DNA from: Minisyncoccota bacterium
GTDB lineage: Bacteria > Patescibacteriota > Minisyncoccia > UBA6257 > GWB1-50-10
Direction: 5' to 3'
DNA: 64,000 nucleotides
Assembly: GCA_020059585.1 (NCBI GenBank)
Contig: JAGVBU010000002.1
Span: 27,566-91,565, forward strand
Every line of letters begins with the position of its first letter. Position 1 is the first letter of the stretch. Made by a program: the position numbers and the translations under genes. Below the pieces are notes generated by a model. It saw only the letters and a list, made by a program, of their open reading frames with translations. It did no database searches and was not told the DNA's origin. Positions 28,069-34,694 of this stretch are shown here, one piece after another.

Positions 28069-28618
28069 GGCCCTTGCGCGCAAAACAATTTTTTGCCCTC
28101 GCCTCTCAGTCGCGCCGACGCGCTCTTTCGGGCTGGGCACCGCCTCGCGTGCATGTCTTCTGACACGCACTGGCTCCGGCGTACAAAATAGAACGCGAGA
28201 CAAATAATTGTCTCGCTTATGCGGCTTACGCCGCATTCTATTTTGTACCCCCGGCAGGAAAAAGGAATCGCCTACAAGTTCCTCCTCGTCGTCACTCGTC
28301 GGACTCGCAGGCCGCCGCTCGCCATGCATTCTGCTGAATGCATATGGCTGCGCGCTTCGATTCCTGCCCGCAAAACAATTGTTTTGCTTGGGGATACGAT
28401 AAAACACACAAAATTGTGTGTTTTATTTTCGTACCCCCGGCAGGAATCGGCTCCGACTAAAATTTTCACCGTCGTGAAAATTTTGTCTAGCCGCCGCCTC
28501 GCTCCCACGCCTACTGGCGTGGGTCCCGCTCCGGCGTTCGATTCCGCACGCAAGCAAATACTTTTGCTTGCTCGGGGGAAACAAATCCCGCCAGTCTATA
28601 GACTGGCGGGATGATTTG
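28069..28618. repeat. Tandem array of three roughly 186-bp palindrome-rich units. The second and third units each begin (in tRNA sense) with a 15-19 nt copy of the tRNA-Arg 3' end.
   Basis: gtacccccggcagga occurs at 28245, 28431 and 28618, with a period of 186-187 bp. Each unit holds 3-4 perfect hairpins. Confidence 0.75.
28578..28612 (-). terminator. Rho-independent terminator of tRNA-Arg.
   Basis: Minus strand, directly after the tRNA 3' end: cccgccagtc-tata-gactggcggg followed by atttgttt. Confidence 0.7.
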
Positions 28619-28690
28619 TACCCCCGGCAGGAATCGAACCCGCATCAAGGCCTTAGAAGAGCCCTGCACTATCCATTGTGCTACGGGGGC
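28619..28690 (-). tRNA. tRNA-Arg (anticodon UCU).
   Basis: Hand-folded cloverleaf. Acceptor GCCCCCG/CGGGGGU (G1·U72). D-arm GCAC-AATGGATA-GTGC. Anticodon stem GGGCT/GGCCT (two G·U pairs) with loop CTTCTAA. T-arm GCGGG-TTCGATT-CCTGC. Confidence 0.75.
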
Positions 28691-28733
28691 GTATTTCCAC
28701 GCTAAAGAAACTCGCGTGGAAAGTCAAAAAACA

Positions 28734-29897
28734 TTATCTCAAATCCGCGTGAAACTGAGAGGCGGTTTCTTTATAGAGTTTGTCTTGAAGAACATCAACC
28801 TCATCAGACACGAGCGTGCGATCATTCGATCGATACACTACGCGAAACGTATAACTCACCTTTTCCGGACCGAATTTCTTCTCATCCTCATACGTATCGA
28901 GAAGCTGCACCTCCTCAACAAGATCCCCGCCGATATCACGGATAAGATCATAATACTGGTTCACGAAAAATCCCTTCTTCACCACAAATGAAATATCTCT
29001 CGTGATGGGAGGATATTTACTTACCTCCTTGAATTTATTTCCCAGCACAAGCTGTTTTATAACTCTCGGATCTTCCGAACGGAGAAGGCGGATATCGGGA
29101 AGCTCCATACTTATAATCGCAAGGCGCTCCGCGCCAAATCCGAACGCCCATCCGGTATATTGTTTCGGATCAACGCCGAGTTTTTCCAACACCGATTGTC
29201 TCACCATCCCTCCGCCCAAAACCTCAAGCCATTGTCCGTTTACCTCAACCTCCATCTCAACACTCGGATCTGTGTAGGGAAACGCATCCTCATTGAAACG
29301 GAATTTTATATTTTCTCCGAAAATCGATTTCGCGATCTTCCCAAGAATATTCTTCAATTCCTCGAATGGCACCTCCCTATCGCTTGTGGGATGCAAATAC
29401 CATCCGTCGATCTGATGAAACACATTCAGGTGAAAGCGATCTATTTCGTCCTTCCTGTACACCTTTCCATACGCAAGCGACCCAAGGGGAAGATTTTTTC
29501 GTATCCGTTCCTGCATCTCCTCGGACTTCACGTAGTAATACCACATTATGGTAGTATGCGTTCTCAGAATATGTTCCCCATCCACAAAATACGTATCGGA
29601 CGCGCTTCGCGCGGGATGATTCGGGGGAAAATTAAAAAGATCAAAACTCTGGTCGGCGCGGACGATTTCCGGAACCTGGATATGGTCAAAATTCTTAAAA
29701 TCAGGGATTGCAAATATTCGCGATGCCAGTTCGTGTATCGGATGACCTTTCGTGCGCGTTAAATCGGCAAGCGCGAGAAATTTCGTGAGACGCTTGCTGT
29801 CCGCGTCGTCCTTTTCCGCGCACTTCTTCCGCAAACGCGCTTCATCCGGAGAGGAAACGGATAACCGAAGCCCCGGAAGATTTTTATAGAATTCCAT
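28734..29897 (-). CDS. pheS: Phenylalanine--tRNA ligase alpha subunit.
   Basis: Class II aaRS motifs (FRVVYRSNDRTLV; GWAFGFGAERLAIIS) and the PheS signature HPARSASDTYF. Confidence 0.9.
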   Translation of the reverse strand: MEFYKNLPGLRLSVSSPDEARLRKKCAEKDDADSKRLTKFLALADLTRTKGHPIHELASRIFAIPDFKNFDHIQVPEIVRADQSFDLFNFPPNHPARSASDTYFVDGEHILRTHTTIMWYYYVKSEEMQERIRKNLPLGSLAYGKVYRKDEIDRFHLNVFHQIDGWYLHPTSDREVPFEELKNILGKIAKSIFGENIKFRFNEDAFPYTDPSVEMEVEVNGQWLEVLGGGMVRQSVLEKLGVDPKQYTGWAFGFGAERLAIISMELPDIRLLRSEDPRVIKQLVLGNKFKEVSKYPPITRDISFVVKKGFFVNQYYDLIRDIGGDLVEEVQLLDTYEDEKKFGPEKVSYTFRVVYRSNDRTLVSDEVDVLQDKLYKETASQFHADLR

Positions 29898-30060
29898 ATT
29901 AAAACAAAAACCCTTCTTTCTGAGGGGTTCAACGAGACAAACTATGACGAAAAACCCCCGATTGATCAGGTAAAGAAAAATCTAAAGAATTTTTTTGCGA
30001 CTTTTTTCATTACCCAATTAGTGTACTCTATCGCATTAAAACTTCAAGAAGCGTTTTACC

Positions 30061-30090
30061 TTGCACGAAACCGCTCTTTTCTGGTAGTAT
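30061..30090 (+). promoter_or_regulatory. Sigma70-like promoter for the tRNA-Met gene.
   Basis: TTGCAC-N18-TAGTAT, ending 5 nt upstream of the mature tRNA 5' end. Confidence 0.5.
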
Positions 30091-30095
30091 GGTTC

Positions 30096-30169
30096 CGCGG
30101 GGTAGAGCAGTCCGGTAGCTCGCAAGGCTCATAACCTTGAGGTCGTTGGTTCGAATCCAACCCCCGCAA
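30096..30169 (+). tRNA. tRNA-Met (anticodon CAU); initiator-like C1·A72 acceptor mismatch.
   Basis: Acceptor CGCGGGG/CCCCGCA. D-arm GAGC-AGTCCGGTA-GCTC. Anticodon stem CAAGG/CCTTG with loop CTCATAA. T-arm GTTGG-TTCGAAT-CCAAC. A hairpin terminator follows at 30176-30210. Confidence 0.8.
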
Positions 30170-30256
30170 CAATAATCACACGCCTCTCAAGAAATTGAGA
30201 GGCGTGTGTTGTATAATTGACGCAAAACAGCGATTCGCATACCATAGAAAATATAT

Positions 30257-30330
30257 GCCAGGGTAGCTCAATCGGTTAGAGCACAGCACTCATAAAGCTG
30301 AGGTTGCGAGTTCGATTCTCGCCCCTGGTA
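30257..30330 (+). tRNA. Second CAU-anticodon tRNA (elongator Met or lysidine-modified tRNA-Ile2).
   Basis: Acceptor GCCAGGG/CCCTGGT (G·U). D-arm GCTC-AATCGGTTA-GAGC. Anticodon loop CTCATAA. T-arm GCGAG-TTCGATT-CTCGC. Confidence 0.75.
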
Positions 30331-30378
30331 CAAAAAGAACCTCTGTTTTGGTATAATATAGCCACAGGGCTGTTTTTT

Positions 30379-31059
30379 ATGGCAAAAACAAAAGAAAAAA
30401 ATGTAGCCACTTCCCTAAGAAGAAAAGGGATGAGTATAAAGGATATTTCGAAGACTCTTCATGTTTCAAGGAGTTCGGTGAGTGTGTGGTGTTCCAACAT
30501 ATTACTCACAAAGAAGCAAGAGGAATCTTTAAGAGAAAAGATGATATCAGCAGGACACAAGGGAAGATTATTGGGGGCAGAAAAGCAAAAAAAGAAGAGG
30601 GAAGAAATTATACAAAAATATAAAGAAGAGGGGTTAAAAAATATACAAGATATAGATTCTAGAGATCTTTTAATGATTGGGATAGGACTCTATCTTGGTG
30701 AGGGAAATAAAACGGGAAATAAGTTTCAATTCACTAATTCAAATCCTGATATAATTTGTATCATGCTTTTATGGCTTACGAAAATATTTAAAATAAAGAA
30801 AAGCCACATTGTGCTCAACGTCCTTATTAATGGAATCCACGTAAAGAGAGAGCTACGCGTTCGTCGTTTTTGGTCACAAATCACGAATATACCAGAAAAA
30901 CAATTCAATAAAACAATTTTTATAAAATCCAAGAACAAAAAAATGTATGAAAATTTTTCAAATCATTTCGGCACTCTCGTGATCAGGGTGAGAAAAAGTT
31001 CTCTCCTCCAATATAAGATTTTAGGACTTTGTCATGCATCAATAAAAAATACGATATGA
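30379..31059 (+). CDS. AT-rich ORF with an N-terminal helix-turn-helix and a LAGLIDADG-like motif; a possible homing-endonuclease-type selfish gene.
   Basis: HTH-like MSIKDISKTLHVSRSSVSVW. The motif LLMIGIGLYLGEGNKTG resembles the LAGLIDADG (L-x-G-L-Y-L-G-D-G) class. Strongly AT- and Lys-rich relative to its flanks. Confidence 0.5.
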   Translation: MAKTKEKNVATSLRRKGMSIKDISKTLHVSRSSVSVWCSNILLTKKQEESLREKMISAGHKGRLLGAEKQKKKREEIIQKYKEEGLKNIQDIDSRDLLMIGIGLYLGEGNKTGNKFQFTNSNPDIICIMLLWLTKIFKIKKSHIVLNVLINGIHVKRELRVRRFWSQITNIPEKQFNKTIFIKSKNKKMYENFSNHFGTLVIRVRKSSLLQYKILGLCHASIKNTI

Positions 31060-31110
31060 AATCGTATTGCAAAACAGAATAAGCGTTGATACACTAAATT
31101 CGCTATGTTT

Positions 31111-31184
31111 GCGGGCGTAGCTCAGCTGGTTAGAGCGATTGCCTGTCACGCAATAGGTCGCCGGTTCGAGTCCGGTCGCCCGCG
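31111..31184 (+). tRNA. tRNA-Asp (anticodon GUC).
   Basis: Acceptor GCGGGCG/CGCCCGC. D-arm GCTC-AGCTGGTTA-GAGC. Anticodon stem ATTGC/GCAAT with loop CTGTCAC. T-arm GCCGG-TTCGAGT-CCGGT. Discriminator G. Confidence 0.85.
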
Positions 31185-31188
31185 CAAG

Positions 31189-31219
31189 AAAAACATCCAT
31201 AATACGGATGTTTTTTGTT
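31189..31219 (+). terminator. Rho-independent terminator of tRNA-Asp.
   Basis: aaaaacatccataatacggatgttttttgtt. Confidence 0.7.
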
Positions 31220-31312
31220 ACCGGACTTGAACGGGAAAGGGCGGTGGGAAAACGGGAGTTTTCCCAAGGCGGATAACATAAACCGATGGGTTTGTGAGAG
31301 TTTTGAAAAAAC

Positions 31313-31372
31313 GACGTTCGATTCCGTCGCCCGCGCAAAAAAAAACATCCATTATGTGGATGTTTTTTGTTA
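31313..31372 (+). repeat. Direct duplicate of the last 23 nt of tRNA-Asp (T-loop plus acceptor 3' strand), followed by a second copy of its terminator.
   Basis: cgttcgattccgtcgcccgcgca, then aaaaacatccattatgtggatgttttttgttacc. Compare 31162-31222. Confidence 0.7.
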
Positions 31373-31562
31373 CCGTATTTGAACGAGGAGTGAATTCTTG
31401 TTTGAAAAAAGCAGAAAATCGAGTAAAGTCATAGATATGAATCCCGTTAGAAACCGCGATCGCGGGGACATATAAGCACTCTATTAAACGAACGTATATG
31501 TCAGTCGAAACAAAAACAAATCACATAATGGATCGTTTGATTGCGGTCTGTTTCTAAATGGG

Positions 31563-32261
31563 ATGAAAGCAGTCATTCTTGCTGCGGGAGAAGGAGTACG
31601 AATGCGTCCGCTCACGCTTACGCGTCCAAAACCGCTCGTGCTTCTCGACGAAAAACCTCTTCTTCATTATCTCGTTTCCTCTTTTCCGAAAGAGATTTCC
31701 GAGCTTATCATCGTTACCGGATATCTTGGAAACCAAATACGCGATTATTGCGGTGATTCCTTCCTCGGGAGACGGGTCACTTATGTTGAACAAAGAGAAA
31801 AAACAGGAACATTCGACGCGTTGAAACTCTGCGAACCTTATCTCAATGACAAAGAGCCGTTCGCCGTGTTTTATGCAGACGATCTTATTGACCGTGACAC
31901 GATAACACGCCTTATTGCATATCCCCTTTCTCTTGTGGTCGCCGAGGTTCCCGATCCTTGGCGCTTCGGGGTCGCGACGCTCCGCGATGATGGAAAACTC
32001 AAAAGTATAGAGGAAAAGCCTGAAAATCCCAATTCAAATCTCATCGTGACGTGCGCATATGTACTCTCAAAAGAAATACTCACTTATTCCCCCGTTCGGC
32101 ATCCGAACGGAGAATACTATCTTTCGTCCGTGATAAGTGAATTTGCAAAAGATCACGATATCGACGTAGTACATTCTTCGTTTTGGTTCCCCGTGGGAAC
32201 ACCCGGAGACCTTGCGCGGGCAGAAGAAATAATAAAAGAGCGTCCGGAACTCCTTTCATGA
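31563..32261 (+). CDS. Sugar-1-phosphate nucleotidyltransferase (NTP_transferase family).
   Basis: N-terminal MKAVILAAGEGVRMRPLTLTRPKPL, matching the G-x-G-t-R-l-x-P-l-T pyrophosphorylase signature. 232 aa. Confidence 0.8.
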   Translation: MKAVILAAGEGVRMRPLTLTRPKPLVLLDEKPLLHYLVSSFPKEISELIIVTGYLGNQIRDYCGDSFLGRRVTYVEQREKTGTFDALKLCEPYLNDKEPFAVFYADDLIDRDTITRLIAYPLSLVVAEVPDPWRFGVATLRDDGKLKSIEEKPENPNSNLIVTCAYVLSKEILTYSPVRHPNGEYYLSSVISEFAKDHDIDVVHSSFWFPVGTPGDLARAEEIIKERPELLS

Positions 32262-34690
32262 AAATTCCGAAATTTTTCTCTTCAGAAATATTCTTATTCG
32301 GCATAGTGCTCGCCGTTATGTTTTTTCATTTTCACGGAATTTTCCAAATCACCGATCTTCCCGGATGGGATACCGATTCTCATTTTGTAGCTCTGTCAAA
32401 AATGGCGAATGAGTTCCTCCCCAGCGGAACCATACAGGGATATATGCCGGAATGGTTCGGAGGTATCCCCCTCTTCCAATTCTATGCACCGCTCTACTTC
32501 ATTCTTGTTGCGGGACTTTGGATATTTTCCGGAAAGATTATTCCGCTTATTTTTCTTTTTCGTATTTCATTATTCGTTTCAGTCTTTCTTATAAGTATCT
32601 CCCTCTGGTTTTTCACAAAGACCGCGTTTGGAAAAAACGCGGGGAAATGGAGTATTTTGCTCAGTCTTTTTGCAATCTTTTATCCCTTAAGCGGGGGACA
32701 GAACGGAATCGGGGTCGGAGGCGTCATCTCCTCAGGACTTATCACGGGATCTATAGGATTCAGCCTTCTCCTTGTGCAGTTCGCGCTTCTTCTTAAAATA
32801 TCGAGAGATCCTTCATCAAAAAAATATTTTGCGCTTCATACGGCTATAGTCGCCGTCATCGCGCTCACCCATACGCTCAGCTTCATAGGAAGTATTATCG
32901 GGATTGTTTTCTTTCTTCTTTATTTTCACAAAAATAATACCTTCCTTCTTTTATGTGGAGCAAGCGCCGTAATCGGCGTGGGGATTGCCTCATTTTGGAC
33001 GATCCCCTTTTTCTCACACATTGATCTTTCATCATCGTCCGTCGTTCTCATGCAGGGAGATCCTCTCATCACGATGTTTCCCTTTAATCCGAAACTCCTC
33101 TTCAGCATTGAAACGATTCCTTACTTCAATTTTTGGGCACTCGGACTTTTTTTCACAACCATATATGGACTTTATATTCTCCTTTTCAAAAAAAATGAAA
33201 GAATTATTCCCTTCCTTTTTCTTTTCTTTTTTATTTTCATAGTGAGAAACCTCATTTCTACGGTCTTTCCCTCAATGACCGTTCATTTCTATAGATTTTC
33301 TCCCGTGCTTTTTCTTCTCGTTCTTTCCTTATCCTCTTTTGCTTTGGATTTTTTCCAAAAAACATATATAAAAAATAAAAAACACCTCGGCATCTTTCTC
33401 TTATTGTGCGTGAGTCTTGTTACGCATGGACAGATGACATTCCCGCGTGAAGCGAATAATCTCGATCCATTAAATACTGATCCTTACTATTCGAAGATAC
33501 TCATTAATTGGAGTTTTAACGACACTCCCTACTACCTTGAGGGTAAGGAGATGCTTTCCCGACTAGCGAAAAAAACTGATATGAACAAGCTCCTTGTTGT
33601 TGTACCAGCAGAAACACTTTCTGGATATTTTGGATCTCCCCATTATTTTGATTCCATGCTTGTGTTAAAAAACAAACAAAACAGCATTTCGGGACTTTAC
33701 GCTGAGTCATCCCCACTCACCCCCTTCATCATGCCTACAATCCGGGCGTTGGGAGAAAATAAGGTGCTCGCATGGGGAGAAAGCCAGCTTTCTCTTCTCT
33801 CCGACTTCATAAATCAGCCATACACGATACACCTTAAACGGATATTTGATGTGGGGGTTAATTATATTGTTTCTTCGGATCTTTCGATAACATCAAAACT
33901 CCTTATGAGCCAGATGGTCACCCTTGAGGAACATACCGAGCATTTCTTTGTATTCAAGGCGCGCGAATATTCACCAAATCTTTTTACTCCCTATACGCTT
34001 CCGTTTGCTTACATACAGGGGAAGGAGGGTATCGAGTTCAGAGAGATTGCGAAAGCGGTATATGCGGGAAAAACAACATATAATCTTCCCATACTTAATC
34101 TAAAGGATATATCTCTCGACATATTTTCCCACGAAACAGACAAAACATTATTTTCTGGACTTATATTCAGTGAAAAAAATATAAAAGACGAAACACTCGT
34201 ATCCCTTGAGAAAATTTCCATACCCGTGATCATTGTTTCGAATGACATAGACGACGATGATATTACCGCTCATCCCTCGCTCCGATTCATTACCAATTTC
34301 GAATCGATCGAAGAAAACTTTTCCCATATCCGCAATAACCCTATATATGGATGGCACGCGCTCCAACAGAATCTCGAAACACTTTCTATAAAAAATAGCA
34401 CAAGTACTCCGGCACTTGCCTCATTTTCATCAAAAAAAATAACCATTGAGACAAACGGACCATTATCTATATTGAATATCGGCTATTCTCCGTATTGGAA
34501 AATAAAAAACTGCGACACGTGCCGCATATTCGAAGTGTCTCCGGCGCGTATCGCAATACAAGGGAGCGGAATTATAGAACTCGCGTACGATACGTCCGAT
34601 ACCGCGACACGCACCGGAAATTATCTTTCTATTCTTTCGCTTATCGCGCTTTTCGGAATTGGAATTTTTTGGAAAAAAATAAAGAAATAA
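32258..34690 (+). CDS. Large (810 aa) polytopic membrane protein with a large extracytoplasmic C-terminal domain. Possibly a GT-C-type (ArnT/PMT/YfhO-like) glycosyltransferase.
   Basis: About 13 TM helices in the first ~450 aa, then a ~350-aa soluble domain. Its ATG overlaps the upstream nucleotidyltransferase stop (ATGA). The function call rests on architecture only. Confidence 0.5.
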   Translation: MKIPKFFSSEIFLFGIVLAVMFFHFHGIFQITDLPGWDTDSHFVALSKMANEFLPSGTIQGYMPEWFGGIPLFQFYAPLYFILVAGLWIFSGKIIPLIFLFRISLFVSVFLISISLWFFTKTAFGKNAGKWSILLSLFAIFYPLSGGQNGIGVGGVISSGLITGSIGFSLLLVQFALLLKISRDPSSKKYFALHTAIVAVIALTHTLSFIGSIIGIVFFLLYFHKNNTFLLLCGASAVIGVGIASFWTIPFFSHIDLSSSSVVLMQGDPLITMFPFNPKLLFSIETIPYFNFWALGLFFTTIYGLYILLFKKNERIIPFLFLFFFIFIVRNLISTVFPSMTVHFYRFSPVLFLLVLSLSSFALDFFQKTYIKNKKHLGIFLLLCVSLVTHGQMTFPREANNLDPLNTDPYYSKILINWSFNDTPYYLEGKEMLSRLAKKTDMNKLLVVVPAETLSGYFGSPHYFDSMLVLKNKQNSISGLYAESSPLTPFIMPTIRALGENKVLAWGESQLSLLSDFINQPYTIHLKRIFDVGVNYIVSSDLSITSKLLMSQMVTLEEHTEHFFVFKAREYSPNLFTPYTLPFAYIQGKEGIEFREIAKAVYAGKTTYNLPILNLKDISLDIFSHETDKTLFSGLIFSEKNIKDETLVSLEKISIPVIIVSNDIDDDDITAHPSLRFITNFESIEENFSHIRNNPIYGWHALQQNLETLSIKNSTSTPALASFSSKKITIETNGPLSILNIGYSPYWKIKNCDTCRIFEVSPARIAIQGSGIIELAYDTSDTATRTGNYLSILSLIALFGIGIFWKKIKK

Positions 34691-34694
34691 AGTT

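Noticed and set aside
26990-28550. T-loop-like GTTCGATTC motifs on the + strand inside the repeat units (26996, 28355, 28541) as additional tRNA genes.
   Set aside because: No complementary T-stem, acceptor or anticodon arm could be folded around them. They look like scrambled tRNA fragments rather than genes.
26751-28614. Listed ORFs 26751-27089(-), 26869-27096(-), 26926-27147(+), 28208-28402(+), 28219-28614(+) and 28272-28553(-), which cross the tRNA/repeat region.
   Set aside because: They read through tRNA genes, terminator hairpins and tandem repeats. Their repeated peptide motifs (e.g. IPPVYRLAG, YPRQE) simply mirror the DNA repeats. No RBS or start context is evident, so they are taken as spurious.
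28069-28618. Possibility that the periodic 19-nt tRNA-Arg 3'-end copies form a CRISPR array.
   Set aside because: The repeat is derived from a tRNA, the 'spacers' (~167 bp) are far too long and are themselves related to one another, and no cas genes are present.
29898-30095. T-box or attenuator leader upstream of pheS.
   Set aside because: No T-box consensus (AGGGUGGNACCGCG) or specifier-loop architecture is visible. The gap is better explained as a divergent promoter region shared with the tRNA-Met gene.
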